Positions 36,546 to 50,712 of a stretch of DNA of 64,000 nucleotides are shown piece by piece. Position 1 is the stretch's first letter, and every line of letters begins with the position of its first letter. This stretch comes from Lama glama. Its lineage: Eukaryota. A program made the position numbers and the translations under genes. The stretch covers positions 53,756,001-53,820,000 of the forward strand of contig CM052817.1 of assembly GCA_028534125.1 (NCBI GenBank), read 5' to 3'. The notes under the pieces are model-generated. The model was not told the origin of the DNA. It saw only the letters and a program-made list of their open reading frames with translations, and did not search any database.

Positions 36546-39469
36546 TAAAGCATTTAATTAGTATCTTTTAACCGAAGAATTTCTAGTTCTTATTCAATAT
36601 ATAAATTCATGCTAATGACAAAGAACCATTCATTAATTTTACTTCCAGAATGACATGAATAATATACAATGGTTCAAAATTCAAAGATTACTAAAGATTA
36701 CCTATAATATGTCAGTGTCTTCCATCATTTTGTCAGATATTCTATTGGCTTAGAGAATCTAGTTTTAGAATGTCTCTCCATCAAATCCAAACTAAACTGC
36801 TGATAATAGGTATGGTGGCAAAGCTATATGCTATTGATTAATCTTTTTAATTTTATAAAACATATATTTCTAAAGTTGAATAACTTTCATTCTGATTTAC
36901 CAACGAAAGTCCACTGAAACGAAACCTTATTCCAAGTTGTAAGACTAAAATAATTTTACTGCAGTTATTTTAAGGTTTTATGAAAACATGGACACAAAGT
37001 CTTAAGATACTCTTGACAGATGTTAATATGAACTTACAGGCTATATTACAATTTATAAGAGACATTGAAAATGAAGTAAAATACCTTGTAAGACAATTTT
37101 TAACACACAAATAAGAAAAAAGATACTCCTTTCCTTAGCAAATATATTTTTCTCTTGTCATTTTATTTTACCATTTTATGCTCATATTTAAAATTGAAAA
37201 CTTGATTTAAATATTAGTGTCATAAAATTATCTTTACACATGATCATTAGAACAAGATTGGAATTTTAGGGGCCTCTGCTTAGATTGATAATAATTATGC
37301 ATGTTTATGTATTCTATAACAATCCCAAAGCACTCAAAAAGGCTGTTAAAATCTAGCCCCATGGACACTTAGCTCAAAATACATCTTCAAGAGGGCAGAC
37401 TTCTTAACCAAAATATTAACTTATAAATTAATACTATGATGGAAAGACATAATATAGTGTATCAGTAGAGATAGATGATAAATGGATAGAAACAATATGA
37501 ATGAATCAAGTTCTTGTAGAATAGTCTTCCTCTGACTTTAAGAGTTTAAAATAAAATATTATTTTTGACAAAGTTTTTGAAGAAAATATTACCTAAAATT
37601 CAAGATACAAAGAGGATGAATTCTTAAAGTAATTTAAAACCTCCCTTTCTATTTACCAGATGGTAGAGAATTTTTTAAAAAGGCAGGATGGATAAGGTTT
37701 GATGTGAAGAAAGTTGGAGTGATGGGAGCCATATCTGAAAATTTAATCATCAAGTCAAAAGATCTGGACATTGATAAATCACAACAGGTAAAGGGAAATG
37801 AATGGCTTAGGCAGAATTGTTGATCTCACCCATTTCAAGATTAATATATTCTGGGATCCTTTGGAATTAATTGTTGGAGAATTAGCTAACTGGTGTTGGT
37901 GAGTGAACTGTACACTTAACAGTAAGAAGGAGAGTGATCATGATGTTTATTACAGGAATGATAAAGGTAATGTGACTGAATTTCTCAAGATAAAAGTATT
38001 CATTTTTCATTGAAGAAAAAAGGGTAATAAATACTAATGTTTCTGTATGTTGACTGGGCTGTCCCTGTTGCCCAATAATGAGGCTCCCAAACTGAGGACA
38101 AAGAGGATTTAGTTACCCACATTCTAGCAACCCAAGCTAACAGACTTCACTTAGAAGTAATCTATGAGACACTGCTTTGCCACACTATCAATCCAGGGGT
38201 CCTCAGTCTTTAAAACTGGAAGAGTAAAGACAAGGCTTTTTAGTATTGCAGTGTTTACAGAACATATAAAACAGTGGAGAGAGGAAGAAAAGAAACACCC
38301 TTATCTATACCACTCCCTCAGTCACAAATCTTAGCAGGCAATGGAGGAAGGATGTTTTAAATGGGATATGTTATTCAAGTTTTAAATTGGTCAGATATTT
38401 AATAACCAGAATAGCCTGACAAAGTAGCAAGATCTGTCTAAGATGGCATTAAGGTATCTTCTACTAAGTGGTTAAGGGATATTTAAGATACCATACCTAG
38501 AAGAGTAGTGATCATAGAAAAATTTAAACATTTCATGTTTATGCCTCACCATATTTATTGAAAACGCTCAATCAATTAGTAACACTTACGATAGAAATCC
38601 TAAAAGCTTTATATTTCATTCAAATGTATTTTATATTAGGACTATACTATCCTAGAATTATATTACTATATTAAATTCTCACCTTTTCTTCAACCACTGT
38701 AGAAAGAGTAAAAGGAAAAGCCATTTAGGGTGTAATTCAACATTTGAGTAAAATATGAAAAACGTTTCATCATGATCATGTGTTTAAATCACTAAGAATT
38801 AAAGATATTAAAAATTCTTCAAAAATATGAAAGTCCTATAATGTAAATATTAAAATTATGAACAAAAGAGGATATGATTCTATTTCAACTGTGAATTTTA
38901 CTGCTATTAAAGTATTACTACTAAAGCTATATTTCTACACTTTGTTCATATAAAAATATTAAGAGGAAAATGAAATGAACTAAATAAATAAAATAAATGG
39001 CTTTGAATAGATCATAAACATTTTCATTCCCATGCTTCAAAGTCCTTATAATAATATTGCAGATTTGAGAGCATACAACAATATTAAATTTTTAATCACA
39101 GATTTCATACTGATGATGAGTTGGGTAATCTGAAATTAGGCAGAATTGAGTATAATAAATCAGGATCAATAAATATTAAATCAATGACTGATAAAACTTT
39201 AATTATATTATCTCCACAACTCAGTGTTATGCAAATTTTTATAATTTAATATAGGTGAGAACTAACTTATATATTAAAGAAATTAGGGGTATAAATTATG
39301 AGAATGAATAATAAATTATTATATTGTACATAGCTACAAACTTATGACAATTTAGTATATCCATCAGATTGATGAAAATCAATTGTTAGGTTTCAAGCAA
39401 GTAAGATATAAAATTTTGGTAGCAAAAAAGATCATTATATGATTACTTATTAATATTAACGTACGTACA

Positions 39470-39750
39470 GTAGTATATCACAGTGCCTGAAAGCATGGAT
39501 TTGTGAACCAGCCTGCCTGAGTCTGAATGCCAGCTGAGCTTTTATTAAGTCTGCAACCCTAGGCTAATTATTCAACCTCTCTCGGTCTCACATTGCTCAT
39601 CGGCAAAATGGGGATAAATATAGAACTTTGCTCATAGGGCTGTTGTGCATATTAAATAAAAGGGTGTGGCACCTTTAATTAATACACAGAAACACTAAAA
39701 TACATAGAATCTTAATATATCAAAGTACTATATAAATATTTGCTATTACA
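39470..39750 (+). mobile_element. MIR SINE
   Basis: ccagcctgcctgagtctgaatgccagct ... ttattcaacctctctcggtctcacattgctcatcggcaaaatggggataa. Confidence 0.8.
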
Positions 39751-41229
39751 ATCACTGTTGTATTTTGACCTTCTGACCTCAAAAAAGGAACTGTACGGAA
39801 AACCACACAGTTTTCATTTTAAGTGTTTTGGAAATTCTTATATTAAGTAGAAATCCAAAGAGGAAGAGGGAGTCACTGCCTCTTTATGGCATGATCTTTA
39901 TTTAATAGTTATGTTTAAAAAGCTTCAGTTTATCCAATGTTTCATTTTAAGATATCTTTAGGCTTAGTAAATAAATGCTATGAATATTTACAGTCTCATT
40001 TCAAATGAACTATCTCCAGATTCCTTACAAACATTAAAATAGAGAGTTCTCTGGGTTACATAAAAATCAAATTTAATTCATAAATATATTGCATCTTAAG
40101 TGTTGAAAAGTCCATTAAGTAACTGCAATGTTAAGTAACTAAATGCAATCATTTGACCAAAAAGGAAGGAATAAAAGACAAAGAATCATGTGAAATGTTT
40201 GTGAAAATTAATTGAGATATATGTTCTAAAATTGTTCATTAATATTTTTCTTACAATTTTTTGAAAAGTTGAAACCTTGAATAGGAAAGATAAAATAAAT
40301 GGAAAAATATCTATCTAAAGAGAAACTTGTATTTATTTTAAAATAAATTTTATCTTGTAATCAGTGAAAACTGTGACTCTAGTCAGATATATCTCAGGAT
40401 CCAAAAAATATTAGCAACAAATAGACATTTTTTATTTATTAATACTTATAGTTAAAATCACGTTTTCCAGCTCACTATTGAAGAGCTAATGTTTTTTAGA
40501 CTTACGTGAGTCAGAATTCACTGACTTTTTTTGAAGAGAGCCGATAAAATTTGGACATTGGAATGCAAGAAGATTAAGTACTTTAAAGAATATATATTAC
40601 ATACTTTCAGGGTTTCTTTTTTCAACTTAGAAAACACACAGACTTTTAAGTTAAGTAAAATAAGTCAGGAAATTAATAACTTTTTGATATTCTTGCCAAA
40701 TGTGTTTTGACAGATTGAACTGCTGTTACATTCTTTCTCATACCATATGGTATCATCACCTCTTGTTTCAACAACTTGCAACAGAAACATTCATCATACC
40801 CCTTCTGTGAATAAACACCTGATTATAAACGGCTTGTAAGAACAACTAAAACATAAAAAGAGCACAACCAAGTATTTAAGACATGTTTGTACTTACTAAA
40901 GATTCCAATAAATGGAACTATAGGAGGCACTGAAACAATAGGAAGCAGACAAGTTTTATTTATTTTTGGTCAAATAATTTAACCTTCATAAGCCTCAGTT
41001 CACTCACCTCCACAGTGAGTAAAATAATATTACTGGGATCTTTTTATATTTGAATGGAACCAAGAAAAGAATAGTCTATGCCCCTAGCTAGTTAACAGGA
41101 CAGTGAGGAGGCCTAATGATCCAAGATCTCTACCACATTTCTGCTCTTAATACAGAAGCCCTGTAAGATGTTTCTGTCCCTAATTAAATTCTAGAAATCT
41201 AAAAATGATCTTCTTAAAACTATGTCAAT

Positions 41230-42290
41230 GAGAAAAAAAGAAATATTAAAGAAAATATAAGCACTATAGTAAATAAATCCAATTTTGGAGATATATGAAA
41301 AGCTCCATATACTAAAATAACAATTCTTAAATCAATCACATTTTAGGCCAATGGCAGCCTCAATAAGGTGTTAAGAATGAACATCAATCAGAATGTATTC
41401 TCTGATGAGGATGACATTAAAGTAGAAATCAGTAACTAATAAAATATGCATACATACACATGAATAATTATCCATCTGTTGTTACATCTCCAAAAAAAAG
41501 CCTCAAGCCCCCAAATGTTTTACAAATAAGTTTTAGATAACATTCAAGTAACATAATCCTTTTCTCATATAGGTCAGATCTAAACAAAAGAGAAGTAAAG
41601 TTTTGCTATAACTTACTAGGTAAGGGCAATTTAAGAGAATAAAGAAATAAATGAGAACATTTTAAGAACCTACATAAAACCCCTAAATAAGCTGTTAAAT
41701 AACAAAATCTAACAGTGCATAAACTTCATGATCAATTAAGATTTGTCCCAGAATAGTAAGGAATGTATCAGAAGAACTTTAAAACTGATTCTGAAATTTA
41801 CTTGGCAGGAAAATGAAAGTCTATGAGTAGCTAAAGTAGTTTTGAAAGTGACAATCAAAATGGGAGGACGGTACCAGATATTAAGCAAGTTTTGTTAATA
41901 ATGTAGTAATGTTGTAGGAACAAAGTGAATGTCCATGGGATAGAGGAGAGAACACAGAAACAGAGATTTGATACAGGACAGTGTAGCAGCACTAATGTGG
42001 AGGAAAAGTACGAATTATTTGGCAAATGATGTTGGAAACTTGGCTCATCACATAAGCAACCCAAAATGTAGTCCAAAGACCTCAAAAGTACACACCACAG
42101 AGGAAAAAGTTAATGGTTTAAATATATGTATTTCTCTGTAAGAAAGGCAAAATCAACAGCGACATGATAGACTGGGAGAAGATACATGAAACAGCCAAAG
42201 CATTCAAATTTTATATCAGCAAGTAACAGAAAATGTACAGGAAGGCTAATGAAAAAAAAAAAAAGGAAAAAAATTAAAACATTAAAAAAA
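41230..42290 (+). mobile_element. Heavily decayed and deleted L1 ORF2 fragments (L1M4/M5-like)
   Basis: aaaactgattctgaaatttacttgg, gtaccagatattaagc, aattatttggcaaatgatgttggaaac, atagactgggagaagatac. Confidence 0.6.
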
Positions 42291-43559
42291 AACTAGTAAA
42301 ACAAATGAGCGTAATTATTTTACTAATAGGCTTCCTGTAGGTATTAACTGAGATGTTGTGTATTTATTGCTTTGTTACACTGCACTAATGAAAGTTACTG
42401 AATAAGAGATCTGGCAATTTTAGGAACCCTTCTACAGCTAACTGAGCAAGATATGGTCAATTCAAAGAAGGCAGAAAAGTGAGAGAATTGCAATGACAAT
42501 GACTACCGCAAAGATACGTACCATTTTTTGGACTTACATCTTGCTATATGTAAGATATTAATATCCAATTAGGTCAACACTTTTGTTGATAAATTATTAC
42601 TTTTCATACTCATGGTTTATTTTCCTTATAATTAAACAGTATGAAATTATAACCTTAGACTATTAATCTTGGTTCTGGGACTGAGAGAGTTTTTGTGTTA
42701 GCACATTTAAATGTCTGATTGAAAATACTACCTTCTATAGACAACATTCCAGAGTATTCTAGAATACAAACTCAAATAGCACATTTATAAAAGTGCCAGG
42801 GACTTTGATGACAGACCTTTTAAAAATACATAAGTGTATGTAGTGGAAAAATCCAACAACTGGGACTCAGCCAAGAGAAAATTAGATTAGGAAATTTTCA
42901 AGTGTGGACTGAGCAGCTCAAGACACTTAACATTCCATTATACTGTCTGCACATTTTAATTACAAAACCAATGATTTACTACATAGTCCTTTATTTTAAA
43001 TAACTATGACCTATATGCTTTCACCACTTTTAATATAAAGTTATATATATATAAATATATACATTTAATACAACAAAGTAACACTCCTGTAAAAGGCAGT
43101 CCTGGGAAACAGAATGAGAAAAGCTGAAATACAAAAGAATGGTTTTTTGTTTTTTTTTAATGAGAGGTAGTCCCTTGGAATTAGGGGAAACTGATATATA
43201 CCCAGAGCATGTCGATAAGTTTTTCAGCCCATTTGTGTAGTCCATAAGCTTTGTGATGTTTAATTTGCCAATCAGTGATCATCTATTTACTAACTTTAAT
43301 CACAGAGCATTTTAGTCTCCTTTTATGAATTAGAATATAGTTAAATAGTCTTACCTGTGATTCTTAAGATTATGTATCTTAGAATTTTCTAGAATTTGGG
43401 GAGAAAATGTATGTATCTAAGGCAGACTGTAAGTAGTATTCTCATACATTTAGGGGAATTTTCCGATGCTACTGGGTAGGAACTCTATTGCCCAAGACGG
43501 TAAGTGACTGCAAGGAGATAGTAAGTGATGAATTTGGACCAAAAAAAAAAAAAAAGTTA

Positions 43560-45270
43560 CAAGCTTATTCCTTCCATTTACTCTAAAATTTCTTTGTATA
43601 TCTCTTAATCCAATCCAACTTTCCATCATTTCCCTTCCTTCCTGCAAAATCCATCCTGTCCTTTGACACTCATAGTCCAATGTCAACAAGTTTCCTTACA
43701 TTTAATCGTCATCCTTGGGTGATTCTGTCACCTTCATGCTTTAAGTGAAATTGCTGCCTGATGAAGACCACACAAACACAAACATTGGTTCTCTCACAAC
43801 TCCAGCAGTGGAAGTGACACTGCCAAACCACGATTTCACCTATGTCAAAACTCCCAGCTCCTGAGGCTCTTGCCATCAAATATTGACTACCACCATTTAT
43901 TTCTTGTTGTTTTTGTTACCTACTAGCATCTCTAGATCTCTCATTTTTTTCCCTCCATTTTTTCATTATATATAACCCCATTTAGACATGCTAAATTCAT
44001 GACAACAAATGTCTAATGGCACTTAACAATATCAAGAAGCCAACTGAACTCCCCATCACATACGCTTTCCCAGTTCCCAAAAGGAATATTTCGTATCTTC
44101 CTTCAGCCTCCAACTTCCTTCCTTATCCCAACCCCTTCAGCTGAATATTGCCTCTCACTTCCTTAAAAAAAAGCAGTCTGACAGTTGCAAATGCACTGGT
44201 GCACTGTCCAGCTGTCAGAATCCCCTGCACAGGTCCTGAGTTTATCCCCCAGGTGCTGTGTGCTTAGCTGCTAAAAGCTTGCCAGTGACCTACATATGAT
44301 TGTTCTGAGGCACCAGGGCTACTACGCCTGTATAGCCAGAAGTGCTTAGGAGTTGATACTCTACTCTCAACCCACAGCAAGCCCATAGTCAATTACCAAC
44401 AGTGTGGAGCTACACAACGCCAGCTCCTATGCGTTAAGGATGGACAATTCCAAAGTCTGACTTACACTCCAGAGTTCCCCTTGGGATCAAGGGTCAGTCT
44501 GAGACTTCACCCAAAATGACAACTTTCATAGCTGCTTCTTCTTATCTATGTTGCTTTCCCTCACTTTCTTACGGATTTCCTCGGAAAGCACTCCTTAATA
44601 AATTGTTTGTGCTAAATCCTTGGCTCAGAGTCCACTTCTGGGAGAACTCAACCAAGACTACTGACAGAAATATTCTCATCTTTCCAACATCAAATCTATC
44701 AAATACTTTCAACAGTACCCACACACACTGCCTTCCTTCTTATAATGAAAGAAGTGTCTCGGTTCTTATAAAGCCAACATGTCCGCTCATTCTGACGCTT
44801 CTTAAGAACTGTGCTCCTGCAATGATTATCCCTCCTGGTTTACTGGTATCTCCTCCTTTATTGGTTCATGCCCATCAACAAACACCCTTTGGTATTTTCT
44901 ACTTTAAAAGAAAAAAACAAAAAAAAACTTTCTGCTAGATTCCAGAAGTTCTCCAAGAATCTGTGTGTTATCCTTTACCGAAAAATTTATCAAGAGTTTT
45001 CTATTTCAGCCCACTTTACTCATAACTCCACAATGCCCCTGTCATTACCAAATCCATTGTTAACTTCTTGCATCTTATCATACTTGACCACTCAGTAATT
45101 ATCTATAGTTGACGACTCCCTTCTATTCTTAGCTTTCATGACATAATTTTTTACTTACCTTGCTGACTATACTTTCTGAGTCACTTTTACTGAAACAATG
45201 TTCTTCTTGGGTAGTTTCATTCAAAAATAGATTTTAAATACTAGTAACTCTGAAATCTCTAACTCTAATC
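43560..45270 (+). mobile_element. Fragmented LINE-2 interrupted by an ERVL LTR
   Basis: Pyrimidine-rich L2-like blocks on both sides of the LTR, for example catcttatcatacttgaccactcagta and gttgacgactcccttc. Confidence 0.55.
44183..44660 (+). mobile_element. LTR16-like ERVL solo LTR
   Basis: The 3' end cactccttaataaattgtttgtgctaaatccttggctcagagtccacttctgggagaactcaaccaagac is typical of this family. 5-bp TSD ctgac at 44178-44182 and 44661-44665. Confidence 0.8.
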
Positions 45271-45524
45271 CTAACAAGACTGCTGTGACATTAAGACTCC
45301 TGAAAATTGCATTTTCTAACCTGATTTTGCAGTTTATAATTTAAAATATTAAAATAATCAGGATTTTAAAAATGGGGCTCTTAGTGATCATGTATTCCAA
45401 TACATATCTGAATTTAAAGCTTCTTTAAACATGTATTCAATTTAAAATAATACATACTAAGAAAAAAACTCTTAAATGATGTATAATTTATTTTTAGGTG
45501 TGCAATGTGATATGACAAAGAATA

Positions 45525-45740
45525 TATGGTAGTGATTAAAGAAATGGACTCTGAAGCCAGACTGCCTGTTGGAATCCAAGTTTTGGCACTAACTAGCTGT
45601 TGGGTTTTAAGGTGAGTTAATTACCCTTTTAGAAATCTCAAAGGGTTATTGCAAAGATTAAATTTACACATGTAGAGAATGTAGAACTGTGACTACCACA
45701 TAGCAAAACTCCAATATATTAACCATCTGTCTTATTATTT
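45525..45740 (+). mobile_element. MIR SINE
   Basis: ggtagtgattaaagaaatggactctgaagccagactgcctgttggaatcc...ggcactaactagctgt. Confidence 0.8.
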
Positions 45741-47079
45741 TGCACATAGTTTCAAATAGACACAACACATGAAATCTCAAATTGATGTTGGATCAAGTGT
45801 AACAGTTATAGTCGATTTGAGAGCAGAACAGAGGGTACAGGTCATTTATTTCAGAATCTATGACTAAATTTTTACCTATAGTATTTGACTAAAATAGAAT
45901 ATAATATTTAACTTAATAATATCAACAAAATTTTATTTTAAATATTTCCAAGAAGCATTTCAAACTTGAGTTGATTAGAATTTGCAGGCTAGAAGTCTTT
46001 CAGCTTAATATTACTTATTGAAAGTTTCTCACAACAAATTTTTAAAACTTTAAGTTCTGTTCAATTTTCCACAAATTTATAAACATATAATCATTATACT
46101 AAATAAAATGTTCAATTTAAAATAATTTGTGTCACTTTAGACAGAACTATATTAGGAAAAAACATATTGCTAGTTGGTTCTGATTATAGCAACCAAGACA
46201 ACTCTTGAAAGCCACAAGATTATGATATCCATGAAATTTCATGTGTACTTCATTCAGTTTTTGGAAGTAATCATATTTTCCACTTTATACTTCAAAGAAC
46301 TATGACCTTAAATAATCACTGAGATTAAAAATTGGCTTGTATGTTGAAAAGAAAAATGATCTGCTTGGAAATAATTCAAAAGTGATTCAAATACCTTTAT
46401 TTGCATTTGGAATCTATAGTTCAAAATTATTCCTTGTATAATTATTTATAAGCTGAAACTACATTGAATAAATATATTAAAATTGGATGAAATCACTTTT
46501 GGACAGTATTTGTGAGTTTAACCCATAGTACCTAAGATTTACTTTTATAAGACAGAATTAAACAAGATATTGCTAAATATATGCACCTGTTTTTGAAACT
46601 TCATTCAAATGTTTAAAACCTAAGGAAGATAAATAGCAATTGCATTTTTAAAAATGAACAAAAAAGATAAAAACAGAGTAAGTTTAAACATTTTTTATCC
46701 CCAAATCATAGCTAGATTCTTGTATGAATTTTTTCATTGGTGTAAAAAAAAAACAATCAAAAACAATAGAATGAATTGTACTTGGCAAAGAATTTGGAGA
46801 CGAATAAATTAATTTAATGCTCTCATTTTCATAGGACTTGACTGAATTTTCATTATGTGCCTATATCCACAGTAGCATATTAATTAATAATAGGCAATTA
46901 GACATGAGTTTTTGGAAGTTTTTCAGAGGTTAGGAATATAGAATGACTCAGAAAAATGACATTTTTAGATTATTCTATCACTATATGTTTATGAACATAA
47001 TGTAGGGCAAGCCATTTTGAGGAAAAATTTTTTGTAAGAGTACTATATATTCATTATACCAACTTTGAAAATTCAAGAT

Positions 47080-48489
47080 TGCTACGGTATAATAAAAAAA
47101 TAAATATTTGACCTTTGTCCTGGTTCCTGGTGCAAAGCTGGCTCCTAAAACTCTCAAAATCTTTGCAGTGGTAACAGTGTCTTTTGTATGCTAGTGAGAT
47201 GATGGGAAGGCGGTGCCTAGAGGGAATGGAGGAGGGTAATGGGGGCTAACTAGCTTCATCAAGGTACAAAGGTAGAAAGTGGTCTGAGAGAAACAAAACC
47301 ATGATAAGACAGCTGGAACTTTCAGCCTCACTCCCACCTACCTACCTGCTCCCCTGACTAGGGAGGGGATGGGGCTGGAGATTGAGTTTAGTCACCAATT
47401 ATTTAATCAATCATGCCTTTGTAATGAAACCTCCTCTGAAACCCCTAACGAGGAGCTTCTAGGTTGGCGAACACTTTGAAGTGCTAGGAGGGTGGAGCCC
47501 AAGAAAGCTGAAGTATTAATAAAATGGCTGCACTTGGGCTAATAGACTGCTTATTCTTATGCTTGCTCTTAAACTGGTCAGCTAACCTGACTGACCGGTT
47601 GCTACTCACAACTCCAGGCCCATTGTTAAAACTAAAGCTAATATACTAACTTATTGTTTCTATTTTATTCCAGTAATCGAAAGTAATAAGCATGCTTGGT
47701 TTCTGAGTCGTTTTCCAGGGAGAAGGTCACAAGGCTCTAAGCTTACAAAATAGCCTGAATTACCAAAAAGACAACGCCAGGCGTGCTTATAAGGTAAAGA
47801 GATCAGAGAGAGCGACAACCACTAGCCTTTATAGAACTGGTCATCTGGAGACACCATGACGCCACTCTAAGTCTTATAAGAAAATAATTCTGTTGATTGT
47901 TACCAATGCTTTATTGTTTAAGTTATGGCTATATATTCACCCTGCCCCATCCCCAAGACGGGTCCACAGTTTTGAAGGCACTAACCTGCTATGAGTCTCC
48001 TTTGCCTGGCAAAGCAATAAAGCTGCCTCTTTTCATCTAGGCTCTACAATTCTGTCTCTGAGTTTCAATTCACCTCATCAGGGATGGTTGATCTTTCGGC
48101 AACAAGGCCTTGCAATCTCAGGCCCCCCACCCCACTTTATGCATTGCTTCCATTTGGTTTTTCCTAAGTTTTTCCCTTTTTAATAAAGCTGCAGTTGTAA
48201 GTAGAGCACTTTGAATTACTGAACCGGGGGAGGGGGCTGGTCTTGGGAAGTATTATATCTGTAGTTCACCAGGCGGAAGCCTGAGCACCCTATTTGCGGC
48301 TCACATCTGAAGTGGGGGGCACACTGTGAGACCGAGCCTGTAACCAGTGGGATCTGCTCTAATTCTAGGAGTCAGTGTCAGAATTGAATTGAATTACTGG
48401 ACACTAAGTTGGTGTTGAACAATCAGCTGTTGTGTGGAAAAATAACATGTAACTGGTGTCACAAGTGGTGTCATAAAAGAACCCACACA
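47080..48489 (+). mobile_element. MER21-like LTR, split by a nested younger LTR
   Basis: ggggctggagattgagttt...atttaatcaatcatgcct..gtaatgaaacctc on the 5' side; ggctcacatctgaagtggggggc...gtgtcagaattgaattgaatt on the 3' side. Confidence 0.75.
47509..48104 (+). mobile_element. Nested ERV1-type solo LTR (596 bp)
   Basis: TG...CA termini ending in tttcggcaaca. 4-bp TSD aagc/aggc with one mismatch. CCAAT at 47903, TATATA at 47930, AATAAA at 48016. Confidence 0.8.
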
Positions 48490-49299
48490 AGTCCATAAAA
48501 AGAACATTTTAAATTACACATAATGTTGCTACTAAAGGTGACCATTATTAACTTGTTAGTGTGCTTACATGCAGTTTTTTTCTGCATGTATAATCAGCCA
48601 CTCACGAGAAATAAGAATGCTCATTTTATATTCCAAAAGATATATTAGCACTTGGCTATCTGATAAAGTATGTTTGATAAAATTTTATAACATAGAGCTT
48701 TGTATTTTATTTTCAGGAAGATAGCTAAATAAAAGATTGTCTAAGGTATAAATATGCGTACCATATGTTTTCTTGAAGGAAAAGGAATTTTGTTGCTTAA
48801 TTTGATTATACTCCAAACTGTATAACCTATTAACTTTGTTTCTTAAATTCATGAAATTACCCATAAAAGTTACTAAATATGTTCAAAATATAAAGATTTT
48901 TACTTATTAATAAAGTTTTTGGGCATTTGCATTTTATATAAAGTATATGTTACATATATCATATGCATATTATATGATATGCATACACACACATATGTAC
49001 CATAGATATAAATAAATTTTGTAAGCAGAATATTACATTTATAACCAGTATATATATATTAATATGTAATAATATAAAAGGGAAAATAGAGAATTAAAGC
49101 AATCTTGTAATCATGTTGTATTTTTCAAGATTATATAGCTTTCTTTTCAGGTAGATGAATGTTCTGAACACAGTGAGTAGTTATTGCTTGTGAGTCATGA
49201 TAATTTATCACATTACTTTTAAGGAAAATATCTGCTGGTCAATAAGCTAACAGAACTGAGTCATAATTTCATCATATAAATGATGAACTGCTTTGCCCA

Positions 49300-49920
49300 T
49301 AACCTTCTTACTTTCACTTGTACACTAGATACCATCCTCCCTTGCCTACTCAAATGTAGAAACCACACAACTTTCCCCTCTCTTGCCTGAATCAACTAAT
49401 TGTCCATTTTTACCAGATTAAAAGGAAGCTGTAATCTCATGTTTAAATACTTACCACTCAGCAAAACAAAACAAATGCCCTTGACCCGACATCTCTCTCC
49501 AGATCCTATATTTCTTAGCTCTTATTTATAGAAGACCTGAGAAGAATTGTCTCTACATGTGGTTTTTAACCCTGCTCTTCCTATTCTCCCCTCAACCCAC
49601 TTTAAAAAGGCTTCATCAATCACTTTGCCAAAATAGCTTTTGTCAAAGGTATAAGAACCTCCATGTTGCTCAATCCTGTCATCAAGTCTAAGTCCCCAAC
49701 AGAGTTGAAATGCTTAATTCACTTAGCTTCCAAGATCTCCAGCTTTCTTCCTATCTCACTCACTGTTCTTTCTAAATCGACTTTGTAGACTGCATTTCCA
49801 AGATCTCAAAAGTTAGAGTGACCTAGAGTTTCAGTCTCTGGTCCTCTTCTTTGATGTGTCTACCATCAATCTCTTAATTATTTTACACAGTCTCTTGGGT
49901 TTAAAATAAAATCTACCCTG
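49300..49920 (+). mobile_element. LINE-2 fragment (appears to resume at ~50940-51270)
   Basis: ccaaaatagcttttgtcaaagg...acctccatgttgct ... ctttcttcctatctcactcactgttc; later ctctgactgcctactcaacatctacac and ccccaagccaaaaaccttagaatc. Confidence 0.65.
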
Positions 49921-50269
49921 ACCCATTCTCCCAAGATTGTCCTCAGTACCCGCACTCCTACATTTGAAGAGTGGCTGTTTGTGGGAGGGACAGACACAAC
50001 TTGGATGTGCTGGCTACAGTGTATGTAAGGCCCCGTATGGTATGGGATGGAAGTGAGGGTAGGAGAAGAAGGAAGATGGGTAGTGAGTCAAGGGCCATAT
50101 CCTGCATGTAACTCCAAGGAGCTTAAGGTTTCTAAATTCAATCCTGGCCTTCCAGGTGGTTTTCAAGGTATATCTGTCAGTGCAGTAGGTTATGATATGT
50201 TTTATTTATCATTTTGTACTCTAGCTCTGAGCTCTGCAAATATTGAAACTGGCCTGTTCCTGCCCACAG

Positions 50270-50712
50270 AAATCTGAGCTAGTCCCCTTTGCCAGATCCC
50301 TGTTTTTGTAGACTATCTTGTATTTAGAGGTATTCATGTGATCAGACATGTGAAACAAGCAAGGTGCTTCGGGGAAATATCTTCTACCCTGACCATGGGA
50401 GGGAAGACTTCTAAGGAAAACCCTCTTTTCTTTCTTCTTTTCCCTTTTGGAACACAACTGTTAAAGGATATGATGCTGGGAGCTGAAGCAGCCATCTTTG
50501 GACCACAAATTGACACTGTCAATGACAACAGCTGTGGATGATGAAAGATGGAAAGAGTTTAGGTGTCTACTAACATTGTTGAGCTATAAAACCAACTGTG
50601 GAACCACCTACCTCTGGATTTTACTTCTGTATATCATCAGTATCATTATGATTTAGGCCACTATATTAGTCAGCATTTGATACTCATAGCCTGGGCTATC
50701 CTACCAGAAACA
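50270..50712 (+). mobile_element. MLT1K/L-like MaLR LTR
   Basis: ggatatgatgctgggagctgaagcagccatcttt ... aaagatggaaagagtttagg ... ccacctacctctggatt ... tttaggccacta. Confidence 0.75.

Noticed and set aside
43355..43388. 34-nt pseudoexon on the minus strand (TTCTAG|...CAG|GTAAGA)
   Set aside because: The splice-like ends are plausible, but the body is very AT-rich with an immediate in-frame TAA and no supporting features. Such matches are expected by chance in a 24-kb intron.
44516..44938. Longest ORF (140 aa, + strand)
   Set aside because: It spans the LTR16-like 3' end and L2 sequence, so it is a chance open frame.
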